The notes beneath the pieces were generated by a model. That model searched no databases. It had not been told where the DNA came from and saw only the letters and a program-made list of their open reading frames with translations. DNA of 42,039 nucleotides from a virus (taxonomy: Duplodnaviria; Caudoviricetes), in IMG/VR virus record IMGVR_UViG_3300030325_000005, positions 1 to 42,039 of that record; one strand, given 5' to 3'. A program made the position numbers and the translations under genes. Of the stretch, positions 1 through 9,695 are shown piece by piece (within the stretch, counting starts at the first letter, position 1; each line of letters begins with the position of its first letter).

Positions 1-127
1 CCGCACGGATCGTTTTATCGATTCCAACGCCGGTGGCTTTCGACCACTTTTCAACGTCGGATGAAAAACTCATTTCCGCACCTGCACGAAATGCACAAGC
101 CCAGTATCTCCGGGCTTTACGGTGGTG
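1..127. repeat. 127-bp terminal direct repeat (copy 1), assembly overlap of a circular contig
   Basis: Identical to 41913-42039; falls inside coding sequence. Confidence 0.95.
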
Positions 128-420
128 ATTGAGATAATCTCCATCTCAACGCTTCCGTCAAGGACCTTCTGGTCAATGGCCGGCATCGCAGCGCCGGCAA
201 GAATCACCAGCTGGTCGCCAGCAGGAATGCCTAGCGCGCCCAGCTCGGCGACGGTGTAATCGCGCACGATGCCGGTTACCTGCTGGTCAACAATCGACGT
301 CACGGGATCCCAGGCGTTGCCGCCCGTCTTGTTGTAGCGTCGCAGCGATAGCCCGCGTCCGAATTTTTCAATCAGCGTCGCGGCAGTCGCGGCAATTTTC
401 GCGTAATCAAAGCCCGCCAT
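70..420 (-). CDS. head-closure / head-tail joining protein
   Basis: 116 aa, between adaptor and neck gene; stop overlaps the neck gene start across the circular junction. Confidence 0.7.
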   Translation of the reverse strand: MAGFDYAKIAATAATLIEKFGRGLSLRRYNKTGGNAWDPVTSIVDQQVTGIVRDYTVAELGALGIPAGDQLVILAGAAMPAIDQKVLDGSVEMEIISITTVKPGDTGLVHFVQVRK

Positions 421-422
421 CG

Positions 423-926
423 TTATGCCCTCACGGCAAACAGTCCGGAATTCCGCAGCAGCATGCGTAGCTGCACCAATGCGTCTCTATCTTTCGACAC
501 CTTAAAATCTCCCCCGCGCGGGGCCGCGTAGGCCAGATCAACAGCGCCCTCTACGCGCTCCTTGATAGTAGGCAATGCGGCAGATGGCGGGTTGAACGGA
601 TCAGTACCAGCCGCCACCTCAACCACCGTTGCGAGCGTGGCATTGATTAGCTGCCTGGGTATCTCTGTGCTAGCCCACTCCCAGCGCTCCACCACCGCAC
701 CGACACGCGGCCAGGACAATGGCTGATCACGCTGCACGCGCTCGCCGATAAACTGCGCGCTATGCGACTCGACAAAGTCCATCGCCTTGATAACCATCGG
801 CTCCAGTGTCGCATCAACGGCAGACAGCGTGACGCCCCTCGCTGAGGCATAGGTGCGCGTATCGGCGAGCGAAACGTAGCTGTTCGCCCCCGATACAATC
901 GCGCCAGTCTCAACGATGAGCGCCAT
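423..926 (-). CDS. head-tail adaptor (DnaT-like family)
   Basis: MALIVETG..GANSYVS..QPLSWPR motifs typical of this adaptor family; position after capsid genes. Confidence 0.8.
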   Translation of the reverse strand: MALIVETGAIVSGANSYVSLADTRTYASARGVTLSAVDATLEPMVIKAMDFVESHSAQFIGERVQRDQPLSWPRVGAVVERWEWASTEIPRQLINATLATVVEVAAGTDPFNPPSAALPTIKERVEGAVDLAYAAPRGGDFKVSKDRDALVQLRMLLRNSGLFAVRA

Positions 927-1276
927 CAAAACTCCATGAGCGTCGCGACAAGGCCAGTCCCGCCAGTGATAGCGATGGTGCCCTGCAAATACGCGCTGAT
1001 AGAGTTAAGCGGTATCGCTACGTTGCCCGTGGTCGCGGCGATTGATCCCACTGCGTAGCCCGCTGACACGTCCACCGATCCGATGCCGGCAACCTGCACC
1101 GTGGTGCCGCCGTTACCGTCAATCACCGGCGATAGTGCGCCCGCCGTTGGGTTACGCAGATTCAACACCGGGTTTTTGGCTGAGTTGAACACAAACGAAT
1201 CCGTCCCGTTGAGTGTCGTAACCGTCAGCGTGCGCTGCCCTGCGCCCTGCATGTCTGTTGCTGTGATGGCTGGCAT
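926..1276 (-). CDS. putative virion structural protein
   Basis: 116 aa, Gly/Thr/Val-rich, in head operon, coupled to next gene. Confidence 0.6.
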   Translation of the reverse strand: MPAITATDMQGAGQRTLTVTTLNGTDSFVFNSAKNPVLNLRNPTAGALSPVIDGNGGTTVQVAGIGSVDVSAGYAVGSIAATTGNVAIPLNSISAYLQGTIAITGGTGLVATLMEF

Positions 1277-1281
1277 CTCGT

Positions 1282-1458
1282 TTAATCCTCAGCAGTGTGT
1301 TTGTGTTTCCGAGGCTCGGGCGCAGGCTCTGGCTCTGGCGCAGGCTCGGGCGCAGGCTCGGGCTTTTCGGCAAACCACAGCCCCGTTTCGATGTACTCCC
1401 GAGCGTCCACGGATTCAAGCGTCACGCTATTCCCGGAGGAGTCGTAGATTGTTTTCAT
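1282..1458 (-). CDS. 58-aa protein with PEPA repeats (not in ORF track)
   Basis: MKTIYDSSGNSVTLESVDAREYIETGLWFAEKPEPAPEPAPEPEPAPEPRKHKHTAED; ATGA overlap with upstream stop; fills the gap. Confidence 0.75.
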   Translation of the reverse strand: MKTIYDSSGNSVTLESVDAREYIETGLWFAEKPEPAPEPAPEPEPAPEPRKHKHTAED

Positions 1459-2090
1459 TTGTCACCTACTTTTGCCCAAAGCATTGTGATGGTGCCGGTG
1501 AACGACCCAGTTCCTACCGTGTGCGATACGTCGTCCGCGATGGCGAAATTCAGGAAAACCGGAGCGGGAGTTGCTGTTCCATCGAAAACCCGGACCGGCG
1601 TTTCTGTCAGTTGCGTTGCGACACTCACAGAGCTGATCGCTGCGACCTTGGCGGATGCCGTTGCGTTGGCGCTCTCCTGCAACCACGTCGCCTCGCCGGC
1701 GATCAGCGTCGCGCCGGTAGTTGCCACGACAGACCCGAGCGCATTTTTCCCAGTGAACGCATCGATGATGGTGCCGGTGGTGCCCAGCGTAAGGGCGCCG
1801 CTGATGATCGCCCCGAAGGTGCAGATCAAGCCCTCTGGGAACGTGTAGATCTTGACGCCACCATACTGTGCAACGCCGGCATCATCGGCGACCGACACAG
1901 GAACAGCGGTGCAGGTCAGCACGGTTTTGTGGAAAATGTTGTCGCCGTATTCCGTTGCAACAACGGTTCCAGCGACCGCCGACGGCACCCCGCCTATTTC
2001 CCCGGCTTGCGCCCGTGCGTCCAGGTCGATGGTGCTGATCTGGCGCACATTGGCGTTGACAGCAGTGGATACCTCAACCAAGCGACTCAT
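1455..2090 (-). CDS. putative virion (head-associated) protein
   Basis: 211 aa, beta-rich composition, ATGA-coupled in head operon. Confidence 0.6.
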   Translation of the reverse strand: MSRLVEVSTAVNANVRQISTIDLDARAQAGEIGGVPSAVAGTVVATEYGDNIFHKTVLTCTAVPVSVADDAGVAQYGGVKIYTFPEGLICTFGAIISGALTLGTTGTIIDAFTGKNALGSVVATTGATLIAGEATWLQESANATASAKVAAISSVSVATQLTETPVRVFDGTATPAPVFLNFAIADDVSHTVGTGSFTGTITMLWAKVGDK

Positions 2091-2524
2091 GAGAAGCTTT
2101 TCGCGAGGAAGGCTTTGAACACGATGCTCGGGGACGTGCCGGCCAGCAGCGTGTACAGGCGCAGGTAGCGGAAGGTCGTCCCGTTTCGCTCATTGCGGAA
2201 TGGCACGGTGATAGTCCCGGCAGCAGCATCCGCCGTGCCTACAGGAGCCGCGCCGGTAGCGCCACCGATGCGCTGCATGGCAACGACGGTGATGTTGCCG
2301 GCAGTGCCGAATCCAGCATCCGGCGAGCCCTCCAGCATGAAGGTGTACGCCTCATCGCCGGTTACAACATCCAGCCCGGAGTAGTCGATAACCAGGTCAC
2401 CGGCAAACAGGCCAGATCCGACATCCAGAATCACGGAGCCGGTTTCGGTGGACGTAATGGCCGACGCCAGCGCCCGAATCAGCAGCGCGTTGTCGTAGGT
2501 GTGTTGCGAGTAAAGGTTGCTCAT
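2087..2524 (-). CDS. putative capsid decoration/cement protein
   Basis: 145 aa directly after MCP, GGAG RBS, C-terminal RYLRLY motif. Confidence 0.6.
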   Translation of the reverse strand: MSNLYSQHTYDNALLIRALASAITSTETGSVILDVGSGLFAGDLVIDYSGLDVVTGDEAYTFMLEGSPDAGFGTAGNITVVAMQRIGGATGAAPVGTADAAAGTITVPFRNERNGTTFRYLRLYTLLAGTSPSIVFKAFLAKSFS

Positions 2525-2539
2525 ATCAGTTCTCCGTTA

Positions 2540-3466
2540 TCAGGCGACGATTGCGAGGTCGCCAATGTGGCGCAGGCGAGCGACGGATCGGCCATTGAAG
2601 ATCGCCAGTCCGTTGTACCACTCAATGCGGGTGCGATAGAGCGGGCTGGTTTGCAGCTCCCCCAAATCGCGCACGTCGATGGTGCCGTTCTGGATTCCGG
2701 TCAGTGCATCCGCGCCGATACTCACGATATAAATCGAGGTGGCGGTTGCGGTACCTGATGCGGCGGCTTCGGTAAACGGCAGGATGGCTGCGCCCGCATC
2801 GTCCAGATCGACGGTCAGGATAGGCAGGTCGTTGTAGTTCAGGATCCGCCGGCCGAGCTGATCAGGGGTGTAGGTGATGTAACCACCGACCGACGTTGAC
2901 CGCGCCGCAGCACTGAATTTCCGCGCCATGGCTTTGGACATGATCAAATGCGTGGGGTTCAGAACCTGATCAATCGCTTCGTCGAGTTTCGTCAGCGACA
3001 GCGCCGCACCGTTGGCGGTAGATCCGGCGGAGATAAGCTGGCCGCCAGTTACGCGGACCTGGAGCCCGTCGAATTCGCGCGGTTCAGACGACGCATCGCC
3101 CTTGATGAATTTCCGGGTCCACGCCAGAGACAGCGCCCGAATTTTCATCGACTCCTGGACCGCGCGCTGTTCCATCCCCATCGTTTTGAGGATAAAAGCA
3201 TCTACGTCCAGTTCGCCGCCAGCGATGACCAGCGATTCAGTCAGGGGGTTCAGAACGCCAGTACTGGGGGTGTACGCCTCATTAACACCGCGGAAACCGA
3301 TGCCGGGCAGGCTGGATTCGCGGTTGTATTTGAGTGCGTTACCAGCGATGTCCTGGAACGGCAGGGTCATGAGGATGGAACTTGAGCCGGCATACAGTTC
3401 AATCACGCCGGATTTATAGACATCGCCGCTATTCAGTTTCGCGGCTTCGAGCAAAGTAAGGGCCAT
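2540..3466 (-). CDS. major capsid protein
   Basis: 308 aa, MALTLLEAAKL..FRGVNEAY..EFDGL motifs; follows scaffold. Confidence 0.9.
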   Translation of the reverse strand: MALTLLEAAKLNSGDVYKSGVIELYAGSSSILMTLPFQDIAGNALKYNRESSLPGIGFRGVNEAYTPSTGVLNPLTESLVIAGGELDVDAFILKTMGMEQRAVQESMKIRALSLAWTRKFIKGDASSEPREFDGLQVRVTGGQLISAGSTANGAALSLTKLDEAIDQVLNPTHLIMSKAMARKFSAAARSTSVGGYITYTPDQLGRRILNYNDLPILTVDLDDAGAAILPFTEAAASGTATATSIYIVSIGADALTGIQNGTIDVRDLGELQTSPLYRTRIEWYNGLAIFNGRSVARLRHIGDLAIVA

Positions 3467-3539
3467 ATTGGCGTCCTCGATTGGGTAAGTGAATTTTCCT
3501 CACCGGCCCAACCGGTCAAACCAACATGGCCCCAGGCCA

Positions 3540-4229
3540 TTACTTCTGTGCGTTTCGTGCCGCGTTCATTCTCTCGACTGGCGGCAGTTTCATCATCTCT
3601 TCGATGGCGCTTCCGCTACCTCCGACCCCTGGTCGGCCTCCCGGTACGCCGCCGGATGCCTTGCTTCCTGCAATCACCCTAGCAAAAGCGGGGTTGCTTG
3701 ACAACTCGGCCTTCAATTCGTCAATCGACAGTGCGGAGGGCTTCCCGTCACTGTCACGCACCACGGTGATATATTGCCCTTCTCTTTCCTCCGCTGCAAG
3801 TCTTGCGCGAATGTGCGGCAACAGGACCGGCGCGGAACCCTCAACGGCCATCTCTGCCGCTAACCTGGACGCCACTGCGTCAACCGTCATCGCCGTGACC
3901 GATGACCCCATTCTCTCTATCTGCGCCAGCAATTCCGCCTCGCGTCGCGCCAGCTTATCCTGCCACGACTTTTCCAGCGCGGCAACGTCGCCCCCTTTCC
4001 GCGCGGCTTCCTCGGCGGCCAGTTGCGCGGCTTCCTCGGCGGCTTTCGCGCGCTTCTGCGCTTCCCGGCGCTCGGCAATCAGCTCCTCGTTTTTAGCTTT
4101 GAGTCCCGCTACGTCCTCGCCCTTTGGCAAGCCGTCCACGGACAGCCTGTATTTATCCCCGGCCTTTTCGTACAGCGCCGCGACGGATTCGTCAAGCCCA
4201 TCAATCGTATCAATCTCATATTTCAGCAT
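3540..4229 (-). CDS. capsid scaffolding protein
   Basis: Coiled-coil, GLKAKNEELIAE, C-terminal GSKASGG; upstream of MCP. Confidence 0.85.
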   Translation of the reverse strand: MLKYEIDTIDGLDESVAALYEKAGDKYRLSVDGLPKGEDVAGLKAKNEELIAERREAQKRAKAAEEAAQLAAEEAARKGGDVAALEKSWQDKLARREAELLAQIERMGSSVTAMTVDAVASRLAAEMAVEGSAPVLLPHIRARLAAEEREGQYITVVRDSDGKPSALSIDELKAELSSNPAFARVIAGSKASGGVPGGRPGVGGSGSAIEEMMKLPPVERMNAARNAQK

Positions 4230-4252
4230 CGGTTATCCCCCAGGGATAGTGG

Positions 4253-5317
4253 TTACAAGCCGGCCCGTTCAAAGGCCAGCGGCTCTATCTCCCGCATCCG
4301 CTCCAGCGTCAGCGGGTTGAAGTTCTTGCCGATATTCAGCTCGGCGAATCGTTCGGCAGACAATCCGCCGTCGCGCAAAAGCTTTGCCCGCATGGGACCG
4401 ATAGCCTCATCCTGGAATCCGGCGTCTTGCTTTTGCAGCCACGAGTAATAGGTTTCTTTCGCATCCACCGGCCCGAACAGGCTGGATTGCTGGGCGTTTT
4501 TGCTGAGGAATGCGAACTTAGGGTCGATGGCTGGGGTCGTACTTGAGCGGCAGCCCGGATGTATTGGCGGGCGTGGACCAGAGTCGAGCGGGAATATCTT
4601 ACCACTGAGCGACTGGCAGACGGTGGTGGTTCGATCATCCAACACCGACAGCCATTGCACGCCCGTGACTAGATCGTCATTTGCCTGCCACACCTCTTCG
4701 CGCGCGACCGATGCCATATGCTGAACCACAGTGCGGACCAGCGCTTCTTCGCTTCGACTCATCCGCGCGAGTAGCCCATCCTCGTTCCGCGCCGCCGTTG
4801 TCCCGCGAATCGCCCGGAGTATGGCCGCGTTTGTCTGCCCCTCGAAAAACCCCTGCCGGATCGTGTCGATAGTGTTGGTTACCATCGCATCGGACCAGCC
4901 GCGCACGAATGGCTCGATCAGTTTTCCGCCGCCCGGACCTCGAAGTGACAGCGGCTTTGACAGCGCTGCCGCATAGACTTGTGTAGGCGCGGAGACTGTG
5001 TAATTGGTGGTAATGGTGCCCAGGGCCCTGACTTCAAACCCGGCTTCATACTCCGCAACATCGCGCATGTCGGAAAGCATGTCACTGTCAGCCCGCCCCC
5101 GGATTGCGCGCAGGTCAGCAGCGATGCCGGATAGCTGCGCCTCAATGCGCCCCCGCTGGAACTCCGTTGCCCCGATCCGCAGACGAAGCGCCCTGTCCAT
5201 TTCGACAAGAAACGCCTGCGCCTTCTTCGACTGCCCTCGTTTCAGCCGCTCAAGAAACACCTGGTGCCGCACGGATGCGTTAGCGAGGATCTGACTGGCG
5301 CGATTAGGGGCCGCCAT
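4253..5317 (-). CDS. minor head protein (SPP1 gp7/Mu gpF family)
   Basis: LDDRTTTVC..PPIHPGCRS motif; follows portal. Confidence 0.9.
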   Translation of the reverse strand: MAAPNRASQILANASVRHQVFLERLKRGQSKKAQAFLVEMDRALRLRIGATEFQRGRIEAQLSGIAADLRAIRGRADSDMLSDMRDVAEYEAGFEVRALGTITTNYTVSAPTQVYAAALSKPLSLRGPGGGKLIEPFVRGWSDAMVTNTIDTIRQGFFEGQTNAAILRAIRGTTAARNEDGLLARMSRSEEALVRTVVQHMASVAREEVWQANDDLVTGVQWLSVLDDRTTTVCQSLSGKIFPLDSGPRPPIHPGCRSSTTPAIDPKFAFLSKNAQQSSLFGPVDAKETYYSWLQKQDAGFQDEAIGPMRAKLLRDGGLSAERFAELNIGKNFNPLTLERMREIEPLAFERAGL

Positions 5318-5320
5318 ATA

Positions 5321-6736
5321 TTAGGCCGGTGGCAGCAACAGGTCGCCCGCGCTGGCATCCAATTCCTCGCGCAGCATGTCGTCGGTGCGGTCGGGCGCAA
5401 TCAATCCTGATTGACGCATGGCCGCCCACAGGTCAGCGTCAGGCATTTTACCCGCCTGAACCGTGAGCAACAGGGAGCCGAGCATCTGCGCGTCCACCTG
5501 CCCGCCGGAGTAATCCTGCTGGATGCGATACTCGCCCACTCCGTCACCCATGAATTGCGCCATCCACGCAAGCGCGCGGGTGTAGGCATCGGATACATTG
5601 CTGGCGGCCAATGACAGCACCGACATCTCCGCCTCGCTGTCCGCCTGCGCCTCGGTGGCGGTTTTCACTGCACCACCCGGCTGTAACAAGCGCGCGCCGA
5701 GTGCAATCATCTGCTGTTCTTTTTGCTTCATCGCCTCATAAGCGAGGCCGTTGGCGGCCGCCTGCGCAAGACCGAACGCCCCGCCCTCAGGCAGCATGAT
5801 CGGCGCGCGCGAGCCGAAATAGATACCGCTTTTTTGCAGGTGATCGCGCCACTCGACCGTTAGCCCGGACATCCACGGTTGCACCTGCCCGACGAGATAG
5901 GCGGCCTCTTCGTAGTCCGCGCTGTTGCGATAATGCGCGATGTTAAGCGAAGCGATATCGTAGAGCGGCGACGGATCGCAGTGGTCGTCATTGTTGACCG
6001 CCCCGCAGAACACAAACGGGATCTCTCTCCACGGCGACCTTGAAGCGTCCAGCACCACCGCAGGCCCCTCGACCAGGACCCATGTGTCGTGCTCGTTTTC
6101 GCGCCATACCTCTTGCGTGTAGCCTGCCGCCGTCAGCCGCAAAACGCGGTATTGATCCTCAATGACCGCCGCGAAATCATCCACAGTCTCATGCGCCTCG
6201 CGCAATACAACCATGGATAGCGTGGTTTTGCTGCCAACCCGTATCGTGCGCCAGTTTGTGACGCTCGCCGCTGGGTACAGCGCAATGCGCGCGCGGATGG
6301 CCCCGCTCGCCATATCGGCACGCGATGCCGGAACAGGCGTCGGGGGGTAATCCACCAGCAGCCCGCAGCGCCCGGCTTTCAGGACATGCGACAGCGCCAT
6401 CTGTGATTGCTGGTAAATCGATACCCCAGCGCCATCAACATCCTCAAGCGCATAATCAATTGCGCCGGTAATTTCGGCTGTGGGATCTTCGCCGAATGCG
6501 GTGCCGAGCAGTGTTTGCAGCGTGCGCCCGGTCGCGTTGTAGTACACCGCCCGCGTGAGATATTGCGCATACCGCGCGTTGTTTTCCTTTGAAATGTCGG
6601 TGGGGTTGGGCTTCGGCAGATACGTTTCGCCCTTGCCCTTTACCGCAATCTCCCCGGCTGCGGCATCCTCGGAAAGTGTCCACTCCTGCAGGCTGGCATC
6701 ATACTCGGCATGCGTCGCAGTAACGTCGGTTTTCAA
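5321..6736 (-). CDS. portal protein (DUF4055-like)
   Basis: 471 aa, YLPKP..YLTRAVYYNAT..LNIAHYRNSADY; follows terminase. Confidence 0.9.
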   Translation of the reverse strand: MKTDVTATHAEYDASLQEWTLSEDAAAGEIAVKGKGETYLPKPNPTDISKENNARYAQYLTRAVYYNATGRTLQTLLGTAFGEDPTAEITGAIDYALEDVDGAGVSIYQQSQMALSHVLKAGRCGLLVDYPPTPVPASRADMASGAIRARIALYPAASVTNWRTIRVGSKTTLSMVVLREAHETVDDFAAVIEDQYRVLRLTAAGYTQEVWRENEHDTWVLVEGPAVVLDASRSPWREIPFVFCGAVNNDDHCDPSPLYDIASLNIAHYRNSADYEEAAYLVGQVQPWMSGLTVEWRDHLQKSGIYFGSRAPIMLPEGGAFGLAQAAANGLAYEAMKQKEQQMIALGARLLQPGGAVKTATEAQADSEAEMSVLSLAASNVSDAYTRALAWMAQFMGDGVGEYRIQQDYSGGQVDAQMLGSLLLTVQAGKMPDADLWAAMRQSGLIAPDRTDDMLREELDASAGDLLLPPA

Positions 6737-7962
6737 TTCGCCACCCTCAAATTGATGTCCATTGCAGGCCGGATCAGCGGATAAATGTAGTGAATGTAAT
6801 AGCCTGATCCGTCATTCAAATGGTCCAGCCCAGAGCTTTTGTCCGGTTCGCCGTTGAGATTATACGCCTGCTGCTCCAGGCAGCGCACGTACTGCGGGCA
6901 CCCCGAAAGACTCACCAGGTACCCTTTCCCAAATTGCGCGTTCATCGAGTTTACCCGATCCCGGATCCTGGGGTTTGCCGCATGCGCGTAGACGCCGAAC
7001 CCCGCCGCCCTAAGAACGTGAAGATCGGTCTCGCCCGCATTGTTGGATTTCCGCGCGCCGCCTGAACTGTCCGGGTAAACGCTGATCTTGTGTCCCGCAA
7101 AGCGCCTGGCGATGATACCGCACATATCGGGGGTGTCTAAAGCCTTGGTGATCTCTTGCAGCGCCAGCGGCTTGCCGTTGCGAATGACGTGCACCACCGC
7201 GCTCATGTTGCCGACGTTGAAGTCCATGCCGATGTGCAGATCCTCCCCCGGCTGGATAGTGGCGTCAGTCAAGTTTCGATCCCGGCTGAACTCGCGGTAA
7301 ACCGTCCCCGCCGTGAGGTTGACGAACTGCCCGTCAAGGTAGGCCGGCAGCATGTGCTCCGGGTAGATTTTGCGCAGTTGTTCGATGTAATCAGCGGGGA
7401 TGTGGGGATTGCTCGCGGTCGGCGCGCGGATTATTTCGTACCCGTCCGGCGGGTCTACGGCCCAGGTTTGATAGGCGAACCCGAACCCTTCCGGCGTAGT
7501 GGCAACGCCGATGGTGTTGTCGCCAGCGGGCTTTTTCTGCCTGTTCCGCGCAACGATTTTGCGCCAGACATCCGCCGCGTCGGCTGGCTTAAGCGTGTCT
7601 ATTTCGTCCACGTCCGAATCGGCGACCTCATACCCGATGATTCTCTCCGGGTTGTCCATCGAGCGGAAGATGATCTTGCCGCAGCCCTGGATCTGTATCT
7701 CATTGAGCGGGCTTTTCCTCAGCGTGTAACCTATGCCGAGCGACAGCAGCATTTCCTCGAATCTCGGCCACGCGATCTGGCGGATAAGATCGTAGGTCGG
7801 CTCATAAAATGCGCGGTTGAGCTTTGGGTTGCGGATCGAGCCCATGATCGAGCGGAGGATCAGGGCGTAGGTTTTCGCGCTGCCGTACCCACCAACCATC
7901 AACGGCGCTTTGGCCGTGCTTAACAGAAAGCGCGCCTGCGGTATCGTCGGCTCAATTACCAT
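6733..7962 (-). CDS. terL: terminase large subunit
   Basis: Walker A-like GGYGSAKT, Walker B DVDE, TTPEG, nuclease GMDFN and DHLND. Confidence 0.93.
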   Translation of the reverse strand: MVIEPTIPQARFLLSTAKAPLMVGGYGSAKTYALILRSIMGSIRNPKLNRAFYEPTYDLIRQIAWPRFEEMLLSLGIGYTLRKSPLNEIQIQGCGKIIFRSMDNPERIIGYEVADSDVDEIDTLKPADAADVWRKIVARNRQKKPAGDNTIGVATTPEGFGFAYQTWAVDPPDGYEIIRAPTASNPHIPADYIEQLRKIYPEHMLPAYLDGQFVNLTAGTVYREFSRDRNLTDATIQPGEDLHIGMDFNVGNMSAVVHVIRNGKPLALQEITKALDTPDMCGIIARRFAGHKISVYPDSSGGARKSNNAGETDLHVLRAAGFGVYAHAANPRIRDRVNSMNAQFGKGYLVSLSGCPQYVRCLEQQAYNLNGEPDKSSGLDHLNDGSGYYIHYIYPLIRPAMDINLRVAN

Positions 7963-8320
7963 CGAGTTTCGGCATGTTGATGATGATTGTCGGCGGCGAC
8001 GTGTCAACGTCTTCGCCGCGATCCTTCTCCCGCCAGCCCGCTTGCGTTTTCATCCAAAATATCATGGCCGTCGTGTCGCCGTTCTTGGCCTTGTTGAACA
8101 GCGCGCCGCCGATTGTGGCGTTGGCCTTGGCCTTGGATAGGTCCAGGTCGGCCCGGTACCACTTGCGCAGCGTCTTCATGTCGATACCGAGTATCTGCGC
8201 AATGTGAGTCTGCGTGGTGCCGACGGTGACGTGTATCTGCACCAGATCGCGGGTAATGTCGGTAGGCTCATGCGGCGGCTGTCCAACACCACGCTTTTTC
8301 TTTAGGGAACGCATAGGCAT
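7952..8320 (-). CDS. terS: terminase small subunit
   Basis: HTH (IAQILGIDMKTLRKWY) and GDTTAMIFWMKTQAGWRE; upstream of terL. Confidence 0.85.
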   Translation of the reverse strand: MPMRSLKKKRGVGQPPHEPTDITRDLVQIHVTVGTTQTHIAQILGIDMKTLRKWYRADLDLSKAKANATIGGALFNKAKNGDTTAMIFWMKTQAGWREKDRGEDVDTSPPTIIINMPKLDGN

Positions 8321-8359
8321 TAACCGACCAAATACGGTTTTATAAACGGGAAGTTTTTT

Positions 8360-8388
8360 ATTATACCTTTTGAATCAATGGTTTGCAT
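8360..8388 (-). promoter_or_regulatory. sigma70-like promoter upstream of terS
   Basis: ATGCAA-17 bp-TATAAT in an AT-rich gap. Confidence 0.5.
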
Positions 8389-8684
8389 TACTGCTCCGCC
8401 ACCTTGAAGTTAACGGTGCGGTCCTGTATCCGCGAATGCGTGACGCTTGTCGCCCTTACCGTTACCGCATATGTAGTCCCCGCCGTGCCCCCTGATATGC
8501 GCACGTCAACGGTTGATGCGCCGACAACGTATATAGCAGCGGTAATGCCTGCCTCTGCGGTTACAGTCGGCGGATTAACCAGCGTCTCGCCGTCGAGCCA
8601 GTCGGTGAAGTCCCACTGATAGATCTCGCTGGCGTTCGGGTCATGCTTGAGCGTGAGGGTTGGCGTCCAGAGAACCTGTTTCAT
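8388..8684 (-). CDS. putative fibre-tail adaptor-like virion protein
   Basis: KHDPNASEIYQWDFTDWL..ISGGTAGTTY..DRTV; ATGA-coupled start at 8684. Confidence 0.6.
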   Translation of the reverse strand: MKQVLWTPTLTLKHDPNASEIYQWDFTDWLDGETLVNPPTVTAEAGITAAIYVVGASTVDVRISGGTAGTTYAVTVRATSVTHSRIQDRTVNFKVAEQ

Positions 8685-8872
8685 GCGGCGGTTCCGGTCA
8701 TGATCTTGCGTGGTCGGTCCATTATAGCAATCTGCCGTGGTTCGGCGGGGATCGCGATCTGCCGTGGTCTGCCCATCATCGTTATACCACGCGGCTCGGC
8801 CGGTATCATAATACGGCGCGGGCGGTCGGATATAGCGATGACAAGGAGCGTGTTGTTCACGATAGCAACCAT
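8681..8872 (-). CDS. 63-aa protein with internal (I/M)xxxPR repeats
   Basis: Coupled at both ends (TAATG, ATGA); IPAEPR repeated. Confidence 0.65.
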   Translation of the reverse strand: MVAIVNNTLLVIAISDRPRRIMIPAEPRGITMMGRPRQIAIPAEPRQIAIMDRPRKIMTGTAA

Positions 8873-9657
8873 TAATGAAGCTCCGTGTATTTAATTTCGT
8901 GGCTTCCGCACTTCGCACAGACCATTGCGACGCCGGTGCCGTGCTTTCCGAAACGCAGTTGCAGGTTGCTCAGTCGGTTGTCTGTGCGGTCGCCGTTGAT
9001 ATGATGCACGGTCTCATGCGGCAATAGTGGACGACCTAGCGAACGCGCCATGACGAGGCGGTGTTCCATTACGCGCCCGCTTCTCTCGCCCATGCAGCGC
9101 ATCGGATCGCCAACAGGCAGAAAGATCGCGATGTATCCTCCCGGAGCCGGACCGCGCCCGCCCTTCCATGACGGGTGATTCTCGCCGGCCATCCGGCCAC
9201 AGGAAACCCCCATCATACGAAGCGCCTTCGACACCCTTGGCTGTCCCATGTTGCGAAGTGCTGCTACTGCTGCCTGACTTCCTAGTTGCCGATACTGAGC
9301 AACGATCTCTTTCGCCTCATCTTCTGTAATTGTGCGTTCCCAGTTTCCACGAGGGCGCATTTTCGCGCCGTGTTTACGCAGCGCTTCGTGCACACTTGGT
9401 GCGCCGCAATTGTATTTAGCTGCAATCGCGTTCTCAGACATTCCGCTCGCATACTCTCTCAATAGCGTTTCCTTTTCCGGCAACTTCCGAGTGCGTTGGC
9501 GATGCAACGCGAGACCGTCGCACTCGATGCCATTGGCAGCAAGTATCCGATAAATCGTCGTTGACCCAAGGCCGACGCGTTTTGCCGTCTTGTGAGCCGA
9601 CCTTGTTTCACTGTAGTCCTTGATGGCCTTGTCGATTAATTTCTGCGGGATGGTCAT
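8872..9657 (-). CDS. HNH homing endonuclease with N-terminal HTH repeats
   Basis: NHPSWKGG, EHRLVM..ETVHHINGDRTDNRLSNL; AAGGAG RBS. Confidence 0.88.
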   Translation of the reverse strand: MTIPQKLIDKAIKDYSETRSAHKTAKRVGLGSTTIYRILAANGIECDGLALHRQRTRKLPEKETLLREYASGMSENAIAAKYNCGAPSVHEALRKHGAKMRPRGNWERTITEDEAKEIVAQYRQLGSQAAVAALRNMGQPRVSKALRMMGVSCGRMAGENHPSWKGGRGPAPGGYIAIFLPVGDPMRCMGERSGRVMEHRLVMARSLGRPLLPHETVHHINGDRTDNRLSNLQLRFGKHGTGVAMVCAKCGSHEIKYTELH

Positions 9658-9695
9658 TCCATTCTCCTTTGTGGAAAATGGAATCATACCATCAT

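Noticed and set aside
1-127. Terminal repeat as physical genome ends
   Set aside because: 127 bp matches a common assembler k-mer and cuts through genes; it is an assembly overlap
1312-1362. Short tandem repeats as a CRISPR or regulatory array
   Set aside because: They encode PEPA repeats of a small protein; no spacers
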